A stretch of DNA of 64,000 nucleotides, taken from positions 26,234 to 90,233 of the forward strand of contig CDMY01000388.1 in assembly GCA_001179505.1 (NCBI GenBank), written 5' to 3'. A program made the translations under genes and the position numbers. Shown here in pieces: positions 22,900-35,524 of the stretch (the stretch's first letter is position 1; each line of letters begins with the position of its first letter). The notes beneath the pieces are model-generated. The model saw nothing but the letters and a program-made list of their open reading frames with translations, searched no databases and was not told the origin of the DNA. This DNA is from Vitrella brassicaformis CCMP3155 (taxonomy: Eukaryota; Protista; Chromerida).

Positions 22900-25549
22900 A
22901 TGGGAGAGGCAAACTCCCACACGCACACGCACCCCTCACCCAATCGAATGGCCCGGGCGAGGCCCACAGCAGCAGCACAGCCACGTCCACCAAGGGCGAC
23001 GGATGGTCTCGGCGTCTTCCTCAGCCTTTCGCAGCTTCTCAATGATCTTCTGCAGTGTGGCCTTCTCGCGGCCCCGAGATCAGCTCTCAGCTTGTCGTTG
23101 GCCTGGTACTCTGCGTACTCGCTCGCTGCAAGGAACCTGATCTGGTCCTCTTGTGCCTGGAAGAAGTCAGGGCAGCCACACAAACGACACGCCATACGAG
23201 ACACGAATGCATTCGCTGATTCTGTGACGATAAGTGTGCATTGGATAGAACGTACCTGCATGTCGACATGGAGCCGATGGATGATCTCGGTGTCTTCTTC
23301 CGCCTTCCGCTGCGCCTCACTGACTTGGGCCTCCAGATGTGACACTCGAGTGGCTGTCGTCTCGGGGTCTTGCTGATTGCCCGTGTCGGGATCGTCATCT
23401 GGCTTGTCACCGGGGCTGCCCCCTTCCCCTGGCGCGCCCGGGGCGGTGCCAGCCATCCGCCGGCAGAAGCCGCTGGGCAGAGGGAGGGGCAAGCGAGGCC
23501 CAACAGGCCTGACGCAAACGAACAGGCAAGACGACACAGCTCTCTCTTGATGTCTGGTGTTCTCCATGCAGGTGTAGGTGGATGGATGAGTCACTTACCC
23601 CTGTCGGCCGCCGCCTTGTCTTCTCTCTGCGATGGGGCTGTCGTCTCCTCGTGGGCCGTGTCTGGCGGGGGGCTGCCTGTGGCTGGGTGGGGAGGTGGCG
23701 GGTCGACAGGGGCGGATGCTGGTGCTGCACTTGACGATGACGGTCTGACGACACGTGACACAGAGGTGTGGTGTGTTTGTTTGTTGGTGGATTTTGGGTT
23801 TCCTTACTCGCTGGCCGGCTGAATCCCCCGCCTGATCAGATCCTGTCAGAAAAAGACCACAAGCTTTACAGGGCATCAGCCAACTTGCGTGTGTAGTTAA
23901 CCGCTGCGTCGAGGACGACTCGACAGGCATCCCTCGCCTCTCCGCTGCCAGTCATCTTGCAGTAGTAGCCGGACCGTTTGGGGACAGGCACCCACTCGAT
24001 GGTGCACCCTGAGGCTGCTCTGGCCGCATTAAGATCCCCATCCGTCAGCTGGGCCATACAATGGGCCCAGCCGACGTTGGGGTCAGGGGGTGACGGCGGC
24101 TGCAAGAAACACAGCTCAGAGTCCATCACACGGCTCCATTGTCTTCCCTGGCACTTACCGTGAGCGGGGGAAAAGGAACGCCTGCCCGCTGCTTCTCCTT
24201 CTCCTCGCCTGCCTGTTTCAGCGACACATCACAGATATATACCCCGATACACACATGCGCTTGCATGTCTCTGTCATGTAGCCGTCAAGGCGTGTGTATC
24301 GGCATGCTGACCAGCCTGCGCGAGGAGGGAAGGGGCGAGGGGAGCGGCGAGCAGGCTGGTGCGGCGCCCATGGAGTTCGCCGCTGGTGGAGGGGCGGCTG
24401 CTGCGCTAGACGCTGACGGCCTGACGACACGTGACACAGAGGTGTGGTGTGTTTATCCGATGGTGGATTTGGGGTTTCCTTACTGGAGTGTTGACTTCGC
24501 CAGCCTGTTTTGGTTCTGTCAGAAAAAGACCACAAACTTTACAGGGCATCAGCCAACTTGTGTGTTTAGTTCACCGCTTTGTCGAGCAGCTCACAACAGA
24601 TGTCCCTCAAATGTGGCGACCCGGTGAGTTTGTACCACCCTCGTGTCTTGGTTCGCCTGAAAGCAACGCACAACCGTGACCAGAACAGCAATCAAGCCAT
24701 TTGAAGTCACCCTTACTCGACTGAGCAGTCTGACCCCTCGGCGGCCTCGTCTAGGTCCCCATTCGTCAGCTGGGCCGCGTAAAAGGCTTGTTGAAAACGG
24801 GGATGACGGGGTGGCGGCGCCTGCAAAAAACACAGCTCAGAGTCCATCACACGGCTCCATTGTCTTTCCTGGCACTTACCGTGAGAGGGGGAAAAGGATC
24901 GCTTGTCTGCTCCTTCTCGTCGTCCTTGGGCCGCTGCTTCCCGTTGGCCTTGCCGGATCCCTGCATGCCGCCCCGCAGACGCAGGAGTCGACGGATCAAG
25001 ATCATGAACAGTCACCTGCCAACAACAACCACACATTCCAACTTACGGGTCGGCGGGCCGGCTCTGTGTCTCACCGCTCTCATTTCCTTAATAGATGCCT
25101 CATGCCGTCTATCTGTGCGCCTCGTCTCGCTCACGGTGGCTGCGGTGCCAGTGGTAGTTGCGGTTGTGGTGGTCGTGTAGCTGCTGGACACCTGCAAGCA
25201 CGCACACGCAAACAGGAAGTCAGTCATTCATGCGTTCCAATGTGTGTGTGGTCGGTGTGATGGGCGTCGACCTTCGTTGTGAACGGCAAATAGGTGGAAG
25301 GCAGCCGGGGCGCAGTACAGATCCAAGTTGTACTGCGACATAGCCATCGACGCATCCATCCATCCACATATGTGTCACTGTGGGTGTACCGTGGCCTCGC
25401 TGGCTGCAGCGCACAAACACGAAGACACTCTCGGGTGTGTGTGTGTGTGTTGTGTGGGTGTCATTCTTCGACGCCTTGTTGGGCTTGCTCTTGGTGGCCG
25501 CCGAAGCGGCCAAGTATGCGTAGGCAAACAGGGAAAAGAGGCGAGACAT
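22900..25549 (-). CDS. Hypothetical protein with two tandem-duplicated, degenerate KH-like modules and a C-terminal coiled coil
   Basis: Modules AQLTNGDLDEAAEGSDCSVE|RTKTRGWYKLTGSPHLRDICCELLDKA (~24820-24570) and AQLTDGDLNAARAASGCTIEWVPVPKRSGYYCKMTGSGEARDACRVVLDAA (~24100-23900). The flanking exons splice in frame in both copies. The KH assignment is by pattern only, with no GxxG. Confidence 0.4.
23700..24900 (-). repeat. Tandem duplication of a ~0.5-0.7 kb multi-exon unit
   Basis: Shared intron text such as gacgacacgtgacacagaggtgtggtg, tcagaaaaagaccacaa..ttacagggcatcagccaactt and cacagctcagagtccatcacacggctccattgtc occurs twice, about 0.7 kb apart. Confidence 0.9.
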
Positions 25550-26012
25550 GAGTCAATCTTCATGACGTTCTTTTCTCCTTCACTTACGTACCTGTGACGC
25601 CGCCGGGGATACCACACTTGGATGAGGTAGGTGCATCGCAGCCGTGTAGGGGAAAGGTCCCAAAGATGTAAAATGTAGGCAGCCATCGATCTGCACACAC
25701 AGCAGCCAGCACAGACAAGAGCACAGAGACACCAAGAGCTCTTCTGCAATCGCCTGGAGGAGTAATCGACTGAAGGGAAGAGCCCGTCCTGAAACCAAGA
25801 GAAAGAGCAATTGAGAAAGAGGAACCAGTCGAAAGGTCACCAGCGAGAGTCTGTAGGTGCTCACTCACCAGGCACATCTTGAAGTGTTTGAACTTGATGG
25901 TCTCGTAGGAGTTGATGGCCGCAAAGCCCAAGTCCAACGGAAACTGTGTGTGTTCACGCACCTCGACTTCCGGCTCCTCGATGACAGGTATCTCAGGACT
26001 CATCTGTCATAC

Positions 26013-26065
<53 letters not shown>

Positions 26066-27092
26066 TGGCCATGACTGCCTTCATCCCCTGATCCACTGAC
26101 CGTTGTAACGTAGTTTTCAGTGGCCCCAGAGATGAACAGAAGAATAGCCGGGATGTTGCTTGGGCTTGGCCTGTGGGGAGGTTGACGGATCGGGATCCAA
26201 TCCCACTGCAAACACATGTACGGACGCAAGATTCACGCTCTATGTGCATACGCGTGTTCTTTCCACTGGTCAACACATACCGGTCACCCAGACGCGAATA
26301 TATGGGGGGATTGCGGTCGACTGTACAGCGTGCAAAGGAAATTGACCCATTTTCTGACATCGAACCAAGGGGATCGCTTTTTTGCAAAAGAGCAGACAAG
26401 GACATTGATGTGGGCATTGACGACACTCAATGAGGCGCTTACCAACCTCACCCACCTGAAGAGATGTGTCGAGAACAAGAGACGGGAACAAAAAGAAAAA
26501 GCCACCCGTTCATCTGCACGCACAAACGTGGCAACAGGAGGCATCTGAGCACACCCATGGCAACGAAATGCATCACACATTCATCCCTACACATCATCCA
26601 CACACCACACCATCACCGCACCCAAGACACATGACGCACGAGGCCACACTCATATGTACTCACCTGTTGGAGGTCGGTTTGGGCAAAGAGAGGGCGCGTG
26701 CGCACTCTGCACTGAGTCTGCAGGCGCCAGGCAGTCGCCAGCCGCTCCGCAGATGGCAGGGCGCCACCAGGCATCGCCTCGCCCGGGGCACGGCGGTCGA
26801 GGAAAAAAGTGGCGGATGACAACCGGACGAGTTGGGAGGGGTAGAGGGAGATGCGGCGGACAACACAAGCCAACAACCAGCCGAAAAGAAAAAGAAACGG
26901 AGGATCTGTGGCCGAAACAAGGCTGCAAAGCCGAACTGGGACGAAAAATGTGAAAATTGGCCCGCAGTCTCGTAAATCTTTTCTGTCTCCGTCTCAGCTC
27001 GCGAAAATCTCGCCGCATTTGCATTTCGCTTTCTGCGGACGACGGCAGGCCATAGAAGCAGACAGAGGCAGAGAGGATGGCTGCTGCCGCAG

Positions 27093-27550
27093 ATGAGGTC
27101 AGATCGCGTGAAATCCACTCACTTTGATGGAAGTTTTTCACTTTTTGGCCGGCCAGATGGGGCGCCACCGACGCAGCTGACAGCTTCAAACATACGGACG
27201 ACGAGCTCATCACGGACGTCTACGGCGAGGGGTAGGTGCACACACGATGACGGCATAAGTAACAACCACTTTCGGACACTGTCTGCCTGTCTGTTGTGCG
27301 TGTGCGCGAGTGACGTGCAGGCACGGAACGACTGAGGAGAATCCCTTCGTCATGAAGCGTCTGACTCCGCCGCCGATATACAATATTGTAAGGACGCCAT
27401 ATGGATGGATGGATGGATGGATGGATGGGCACCTGTCTGTCTGTCTGTCTGTCTGTGTGTCTGTGTGTGTGTAACCATTCATTGTGTACCCACCAGAGAG
27501 GTACCCGGCCAGGTCGCCGGAGCAGACAAAGCAGCGCAGCGACCGGGTGA
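27093..27550 (+). CDS. Possible small (~70 aa) 4-exon protein
   Basis: Hand splicing gives MR|WGATDAADSFKHTDDELITDVYGEG|HGTTEENPFVMKRLTPPPIYNI|RGTRPGRRSRQSSAATG*, with in-phase GT-AG introns. No family recognised. Confidence 0.3.
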
Positions 27551-28340
27551 TTGGAGCCAGCAGTCATTTGTCATTATTTATTTGCCATCTGAGTCATTTT
27601 ATAGCCGGCCGGCTGAGCCGACGTAGACTGAATTGATGACGTGGACTCTGTGCGTGTGTGTGCTTGTGTGTTTGTATGTGTGTGTGGTATGGCTGTGGTG
27701 GTGCTGTGCTTCGGTGATGACTATTTCTTGGTGTGCATCGCATAGCGGGCTGTCTGTCTTTGTGTGTGTGTGTGTGTGTGTGTGGCTCTCCCATTGTGGC
27801 GTGCGTGTATAGCATAGCAACCGGGCAGGCTAACTGACTCCCTGGACGTGACGTGGCGTCTGTGTGCGTGTGGCTGGGCTGACATAAATGTCATGTCAAC
27901 AGCGGATTTGTCGGTGCAGTCGATGCAGTCAATGAAATGAATCCAGTGGATGAAAAAGGAAGCACCACAGCGAACGAACTGGACATTCACTCCTCAGGCT
28001 GTACACAGTGGTCCTGCTGCCCCTCCCTCCCTGTCTGTCACCCCACCCTTCAGATGATCTGCACACAGACAACAAACACACACACACAGTGCTCTCTGCC
28101 TCATCCGATCGGTTGGCGCAGGTCAGTCAATCAGTCAGTCAGTGAGATCAGCGGTCGGTCCTGTCATCCCTCTCCCCCTCTCTTATCGGCAGTCCCACCC
28201 TGTCTGTCTGTCTGTCTGTCTTGTCTGTCACCCAACGCCTGCAGACACAACACACACACACACACGCATCCAGGTGCCGATGGGCAGTCATGGTGCCGCA
28301 CACAAGCATTTCTTACCCCATCAGTGTCTTTCTTGTCTGT

Positions 28341-31300
28341 TTAAGGGTTGTGGCAGCGATCCGCATACTCCCGCCTCTGTCCGCTGCCCTCACCCTCACC
28401 GCCGTCATCCCCACTGCTGCCGTCGGACGTCGGCGCCGCCATCAGATCGGCCAGCGGTGCTCCCTTCTTGTGCAGGAGTGCCCTGAGCTGGCGGAGTGTC
28501 TGGTCGGTGGCATCTGGGCCGCTGGTGTCGGCGAGGCGGTTGAGGTGGGGCAGCCCGCCGTCGGGGGCGATGGAGAGGGCGGCCTTCAACACGTGAACCT
28601 GTCAAGAGAGGACAGCAGAGGGAGGGAATGGATGGACTCTGTGTGGTGTCTTCCCTCACCCACCGGCATGTCGGTGGCCTCAACCGATTCGATCTTGTCG
28701 GTGTTGTTCAGCCAGGCGCCCACATACACACCCAATGTCTCACCGCTGACAGACAGACAGAACACAGATCGGTGTGGCTGTCTGAAATGGGTCTCTGTGC
28801 GTACCGAAACTTCTCCCTGTTGATGTGTTCGGATGTGCTGCTTTCGAGTATGCGAGTGGCGTCCTCGTGGGCCACATCGGTGTGGTGGCCACCGGCGAAG
28901 TGGGCGCTGGTCGTCACGCTGCGGCTCAGATGAGGGCGGCAGCCGCCCGTCACCGTCAGAGACGTCAGATTCGGCAGAGACCACCGACACACATAGGCCA
29001 CCTGCCCACCCACCACACACACAGGGGGACACACATGACCGGTCGGTCTCATTCTGTCTGTCTGTCCCTGACCTTAGTGAATCCGCTGAGGTTGGCCTTG
29101 TCCGATGGCACCACCACAGTCGTCAGCTTCGGGAACTCCAGCATAGCGTTGCCAGACCGATCGACGCCAGGTGGGCGGGGCGGCTTGAAGCCGTAGGCCG
29201 CTGGCACCTCCGGCAGGTCCACCCGCCCCTCACGCACACGCAGCTCCGCCAACGTCGAGTGCGATGCCTCAGCACACCCACCACACCGTTGATGGCGAAT
29301 CGCCGGAGGGAGGGGCTGCGGGGGTGCAGGACGGTGCGTGTGCCGCCGGTGATGTGGGCCTTGTGCAGCAGGGGGCTCTTGGCCGAGAATATGGAGGGCG
29401 GGTCGGCGTAGTGCTTCACGGCCGGGAGGGTGGGCGGGATGAGTGGTGGCCGGATGGCGCCAGTGAGAATCGACGAGAGGGGGTAGGCGAAGGGCAGCGT
29501 CATGGCGCTGTCGTTGACGCTGTCAAAGGGCGGCGAGGGGCTCATGGACGAGTCGATCCCACGCACAGCGCCCCCGCGCCCCCGCTGCTTCTGCACAATT
29601 ATGCGGGCCTTGTCGGGGAGGCTTGGGAGGGGGGGCCTGATGTCGGCCGTCGAGATGAGTGTCATGCGCGGCGCCCACAGGCTCGACACGGCGAGGTCGA
29701 ATCGGTGCCATTGCGGCTCGCCGGCGATGGTCAGCCGCGTGTGGAACTCGGGCCTGATGGCGAGGGAGCGGAAGGCGGAGGCCCACAGGCCCACACTGCC
29801 GATGATCTCGAGGGTCGTCATGAAGTCCGTCACGCAGCACAGACAGTTCTCCGGCATTGTCGACAGCGTCACAGCGGGTGGCTCGCCGCCCCCCTGGTCG
29901 CCCTTGGCGGCCCTCTTGATGAGCCGATAGGCAGGCGGCTGTGTGGCCCACAGCAGGAACTCGCCAACCATCGTCATCTCGCTAGACAGCCACACACGGC
30001 GCTGCCGGGGGTCCATCAGCGCACCAAGACAGAGCTCGTCCAGCGACGGCTGTGTGGCCAGGGCCCCAGCCATGGTGCCCCCACAGGGACCTCTCAGACT
30101 CTCGGCAGCCGATCCCGGAGGCTGGGAGGTCATGGCCCGCCCCAAGGCGCCCAAGGCAAGAAGGCCCATGCCCCTCAGACGCTCCGTGACGCCATGCATG
30201 CGTCGGTTGGCCACAGGTGGGGGCGACGGTGGCGTGTGTGGTGGGAGGGGCGGTGTGGGGGGCGGGGGAGTGAGGTCGGTCTCTGTGAAGGCGCCGGGGG
30301 GGCTGGCGAGTTTCTTGAGTCGTGTGAGGTTGTGTTGGTCTGTGAAGTGCCGGGCGATGCGGCAGGCGGGGGGCGTGAGGGCCTCATCCAAGAAGGGCAG
30401 CCGACGCACATGCTCGGAGGCTGGCAACCTGACACACACCACAGGAGACGGAACAAGACATTGGCACATCCATCCATCCCTCCGTCCACCCTACTGAGTG
30501 TGCTCACTGGTCGATGGCTGTTCGCAGCAAGTCGATCAGGTGGTCGTATCGCGGCAGCTGCAGCCTGCCGTAGCCCAGCACCTCCTTGACAAACTCACAC
30601 ACACCACCTGACCACACAGAGATACCAGTGAGTTGCTTGGGTCTGCTTGTGTCGCCTCCCTCCCTCCGATTGCCTANNNNNNNNNNNNNNNNNNNNNNNN
30701 NNNNNNNNNNNNNNNNNNNNNNNNNNNNNNNNNNNNNNNNNNNNNNNNNNNNNNNNNNNNNNNNNNNNNNNNNNNNNNNNNNNNNNNNNNNNNNNNNNNN
30801 NNNNNNNNNNNNNNNNNNNNNNNNNNNNNNNNNNNNNNNNNNNNNNNNNNNNNNNNNNNNNNNNNNNNNNNNNNNNNNNNNNNNNNNNNNNNNNNNNNNN
30901 NNNNNNNNNNNNNNNNNNNNNNNNNNNNNNNNNNNNNNNNNNNNNNNNNNNNNNNNNNNNNNNNNNNNNNNNNNNNCGATGAATGGGGGCCGGATGGCGC
31001 CAGTGAGAATCGACGAGAGGGGGTAGGCGAAGGGCAGCGTCATGGCGCTGTCGTTGACACTGTCAAAGGGCGGCGAGGGGCTCATGGACGAGCTCATCTC
31101 ACGCACAGCGCCCCCGCCCACCGGCTGCTTCTGCACGATTATGCGGGCCTTGTCGGGCTGGCGGGGTAGGGGGGGCGTGATGTCGGCCGTCGCAATGAGT
31201 GTCATTCGCGGCGCCCACAGGCTCGACACGGCGAGGTCGAATCGGTGCCATTGCGGCTCGCCGGCGATGGTCAGCCGCGTGTGGAACTCGGGCCTGATGG

Positions 31301-34300
31301 CGAGGGAGCGGAAGGCGGAGGCCCACAGGCCCACACTGCCGATGATCTCGAGGGTCGTCATGAAGTCCGTCACGCAGCACAGACAGTTCTCCGGCATTGT
31401 CGACAGCGTCACAGCGGGTGGCTCGCCGCCCCCCTGGTCGCCCTTGGCGGCCCTCTTGATGAGCCGATAGGCAGGCGGCTGTGTGGCCCACAGCAGGAAC
31501 TCGCCAACCATCGTCATCTCGCTAGACAGCCACACACGGCGCTGCCGGGGGTCCATCAGCGCACCAAGACAGAGCTCGTCCAGCGACGGCTGTGTGGCCA
31601 GGGCCCCAGCCAAGGTGCCCCCACAGGGACCTATCAGACCCCCGGCAGCCGAGCCCAGAGACTGGGAGGTCATGGCCCGCCCCAGGGCGGCCAGGGCGAC
31701 GAGGCCCATGCCCCTCAGGCGCTTCGTGACGCCTTGCATGCGTCGCTTGGCCACAGGTGGGGGCGACGGGGGCGTGTGTGGTGGGAGGGGCGGTGTGGGG
31801 GGCGGGGGTGTGAGGTCGGTCTCGGCGAAGGCGCCGGGGGGGCTGGTGAGCTTCTCGAGTCGCCTGAGGTTGTGTTGGTCTGTGAAGTGCCGTGCGATGC
31901 GGCAGCCGGGGGGCGTGAGGGCCTCATCCAAGAAGGGCAGCCGACGCAAATGCTCGGAGGCTGGCAACCTGACACACCACAGGAGAAGCAACACACGATT
32001 GGCACATCCATCCATCCGTCCGTCCACCCCACTGGGTGTGCTCACTGGTCGATGGCTGTTCGCAGCAAGTCCATCAGGTGGTCGTATCGCGGCACCTGCA
32101 GCCTCCCGTAGCCCAGCACCTCCTTCACAAACTCACACACACCACCTGACCACACACAGAGACCGATGAGCTGATTTGGTCTGCTTTGCTGCCTCTCATC
32201 CTCCGATTGCCTACCAGGGAGTCCCTCGCAGGCTTCGTCTATATTGGTGTATCTCTTGGCGTCGGCCAGTGTGTTGGAGTCGGCCTGACTCATGTTGAGG
32301 ACTGGCGTGGGCAGTGCTGGATTGCGCATCCACGGAAGGCTGCCACTCAACTGCCAGACCAAAGAGTAGCAGAGCCCCTCCAGATCGTCCCTGCACGCCG
32401 TACATCGACTCACGTGTACTGGATATCTCTGTCGTCCCCCNNNNNNNNNNNNNNNNNNNNNNNNNNNNNNNNNNNNNNNNNNNNNNNNNNNNNNNNNNNN
32501 NNNNNNNNNNNNNNNNNNNNNNNNNNNNNNNNNNNNNNNNNNNNNNNNNNNNNNNNNNNNNNNNNNNNNNNNNNNNNNNNNNNNNNNNNNNNNNNNNNNN
32601 NNNNNNNNNNNNNNNNNNNNNNNNNNNNNNNNNNNNNNNNNNNNNNNNNNNNNNNNNNNNNNNNNNNNNNNNNNNNNNNNNNNNNNNNNNNNNNNNNNNN
32701 NNNNNNNNNNNNNNNNNNNNNNNNNNNNNNNNNNNNNNNNCCCCCCCCCCAAATCAGTCACTCACTTGAAAGCCGGTGGCTCGCATGTGTGCATTGCGAT
32801 GGGTGCGAGGGCAAAGGAGTGCACGAAGCACCCTCGCCGCTTGTGGCGGAGTGTCTCCTGGTCGTCGGTCGGCTTGGCGCGGACAGGTCGGCACTGCTTG
32901 AGGTCCACCAGGTACACACGCTTGCCGTGGCCGTACTTCAGCATCATGTTCTGAACACACGGAGGGAGGGAGGAGAGTTGCGTGGTTGGTGTGTGTGTGT
33001 GTGTGTGTCTGTGTGTATTGTCTGCGCGCGTACTCTAGGTTTGACGTGTTCGTGGACGAGTCCGTGGGAATGGAGCTCCCGCAATGAACGGACCTGCGCC
33101 CCGCGGCATAAGAGAGAGGACGTGAGAAGCCGACACACAGCCCTCCCAGCATGTGTGTGTGTGCATACCGCTTCGACATAGAGCTCGAGTATCAGCTTGA
33201 TGGGCTGCCCTGGCATCTGCCCCACCGCCCACTGCCGGGCGTAGCGTACCACGCTCTCCAGGGTGCCGTCCATCCACTCGTTGACGTAGAAACCCACACG
33301 GGTCCTGCCGAGCTCGCCATCCTTCACAAGCCCCTGCTTGACGAACCTGGTCTCCTGATACACCGGCTCGGGGCAGATCTTGATCTCGGCAGACGCCGCA
33401 AGGGGAAGGAATGGATGGATGGATGGATGAATTAGGTTCCTGCTGGCTGTCTGTGTGTGTGTTGGTCACCTTTTAGGTACTGGTACACAAAGTTCTGGCG
33501 TGCGAGGCTGCCGAAGGGATGACAATCGAGTGCGTCGAAGAGGGTCTTGGGGCCGTACACTTGCGGCGGCGGCGGTGGGGGAGAGGGAGTAGGGTCCGAT
33601 GAGGACGGCGATTCGTTGCCCGGCGCTGCAGATGCATCCGTCTCTCCCTTGCCTTCATCTCCACTGCTGGCACTGCTGCCGCCCTTGTCGTTGTCCCCGC
33701 CGGCCTTCTTGTCCTCAGACGCACCGCTGCCGCTGTTGCCCGACCCGTCCATGCCATCCGCGGTCGTTTGCGCCTTCTTGTCACCTGTCGCACCAACGGC
33801 GGACCGGAAGGCCTCGAGACGGTCACGGAAGGAGAGGGCAGCTGCGTCAGGGTCGATGGAGCCGTCCTCGTGGCGGCCGGGGATGGGTGGAGCGCGTTGC
33901 TGAAACGAAAGCAACAGACAGGCCAGGCCACCCATTCAGTGTGTGGATGGATGGATGGGTGCTAGGTTACACACGTGTTGGGTACGGTACTCTACCTACC
34001 ATCTGGCAGATGAGCCTCTTGCCATCCTCCACATCCTCGTCCCACGACAGAACTGAACTCACACACCAAACGAAGGTGACTGACCATCTATCTCAGGCCA
34101 GTCGCCTCCTTACCTGTGCCCTGCAGGGTGAGCCGGTGGGCTGACATCATCGACTGCACCTCATACTCCTTGCGAGCACCCACACGAAGCGGCAGGCGCA
34201 GCAACTTGAGCCGGTTAGACGACACGCCCAGAATGAACACATCCTGACCAGACCACATAGATCACTCACACACCACAGATGCACTTCTAGACACACATGT

Positions 34301-35266
34301 GGGTCGCCTTTCACCTCACCGCTTCCTCTTGCTTCACGGCAGCAGGCCGCCGGTCAGCCTCTTCATCCTCGTCCTGATCACCACTCCCGTCACCAACCTC
34401 CTGCTGCTGCTCATCAGCACCACCCGCACCAGCACCATCACCCGCAGCAGCAGCCCCGCTCAGCGCCCTCGCTGTGTCCTGGTGTGCAACGCCGCTAGCC
34501 TGATCTTGGTGCTGCTGCAGTAAAGCAGCGAGGTCCGGGAACGACTTGGCGCGCCGCAGCAGAGGTGCCGCGTCGCTGTCCTCGAGCGATGGGTGGCCGG
34601 CGAAGGAGCGGCTGCGCTTCATCTGGTGCTTCTTGGGTGGGGCGGCGGCCTCTGGTCCCTTCTGGCTGCCTTGTGTGCTGTGTATGCGGCGGACGGCCTC
34701 CCTCACCAAAGCCACCAACACACGCTCCATCACGCTGCCGCTCGTCTCGACCTTGACCGCCACTCCATCGAGCTGCTTAGCACCAGGCTCCCCCTCCTCA
34801 CCGCTGCTGGCCTCCTCAGTGCTGTGTATGCGGCGGACGGCCTCTCTCACGAGCGTCATCAACACACGCTCCATCACACTGCCACTCGCCTCGACCTTGG
34901 CGGCATCTCCATCGAGCTGTTTAGCACCAGCCGCCCCCTCCTGACCATCGCTGGCCTCCTCCGTGTTGTGTGTGCCGTGTATGTGACACACCGCCTCTCT
35001 CACGAGCACCTCTAACACACGCTCCACGACGCTGCGAGCCGCCTCTCTATCGAGCTGCTTGGCGTCTGCCGCATCATGCTCTCCGCTGCTTGCCTTCGCT
35101 GCTCCACCCTGAGGTCCTATTGGCGGATCGCTCATCGGCTGAGCCTTTTCGTCGATAAGGGAGCCGTTCTGAGGCGACGAGAGCGACTGATGGGCAGGCG
35201 GGCGCTGCTGCTTCCCTCCGTTGCGTCGTTGAGTGGCTCTTTGATTGGGCTGTTCTCGTCGTTCAT
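28341..35266 (-). CDS. Inverted paralogue of the pseudokinase-F-box-LRR gene (copy 2); frameshifts at ~35190 and ~29270, possibly a pseudogene; contains an internal tandem duplication
   Basis: Same exon series as 2768-8115: YGPKTLFDAL, LHSHGLVHEHVKPR, VYLVDLKQCRP, DDLEGLCYSLVWQLSGSLPW, PRYDHL, LSTMPENCLCCVTDFMTTLEIIG, FPKLTTVV, LPNLTSLTV and a final exon HKKGAPLADL. There is a 1-nt deletion relative to copy 1 in exon 1 and another in CTG(G)AG at ~29270. Confidence 0.6.
29450..32165 (-). repeat. Near-identical tandem duplication of the last kinase exon plus F-box module (about 29450-30676 versus 30977-32165), straddling a gap
   Basis: Both units read GGVCEFVKEVLGYGRLQ(L/V)PRYDHL(I/M)DLLRTAIDQ|LPASEH...FTRLTIAGEPQWHRFDL...GAIRPP. 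Long stretches are identical. Confidence 0.85.
30677..30976. other. Scaffold gap (300 N)
   Basis: Run of N in the sequence. Confidence 1.
32441..32740. other. Scaffold gap (300 N) flanked by poly-C
   Basis: Run of N in the sequence. Confidence 1.
34690..35100 (-). repeat. Three coding tandem repeats (~48 aa / 144 nt) in exon 1 of copy 2
   Basis: Unit EEASxGxEGxxGAKQLDGxAxKVExSGSVMERVLxxLVREAVRRIHST; the first unit is shorter and more divergent. Confidence 0.9.
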
Positions 35267-35524
35267 CTGCCGGCTGGCGATGAGGAGGGCGATGAGTCAG
35301 TCGAGACGTGTCGAGACGATTATAGAGTGAACGAGGCAGAATGAGAGAGAAATAGCATCAAGACTACCTGTGGGACCTTGCGAAGGAGGAAAAACAATAG
35401 AAGCGTAAAGCCGCCTCAACAAAACCGTTTCACGCGACCTACCCCGCAAGCTCGGGCGGGGCAGACGCTTGTGTGTAGTCACAGGCCTCGAGGTCCATTT
35501 CGTCAACAAGCGCCCCCATCAGAA

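Noticed and set aside
25580-27213. Minus-strand exon-like pieces (SPEIPVIEEPEVE..FPLDLGFAAINSYETIKFKHFKMCL and ORF 26650-27213)
   Set aside because: I could not assemble a consistent in-phase model or recognise a family, so they were left unannotated.
8115-35266. Inverted paralogues as terminal inverted repeats of a large transposon
   Set aside because: The repeats are whole diverged genes. No transposase, integrase or target-site duplication was seen, and the enclosed genes are ordinary cellular genes.
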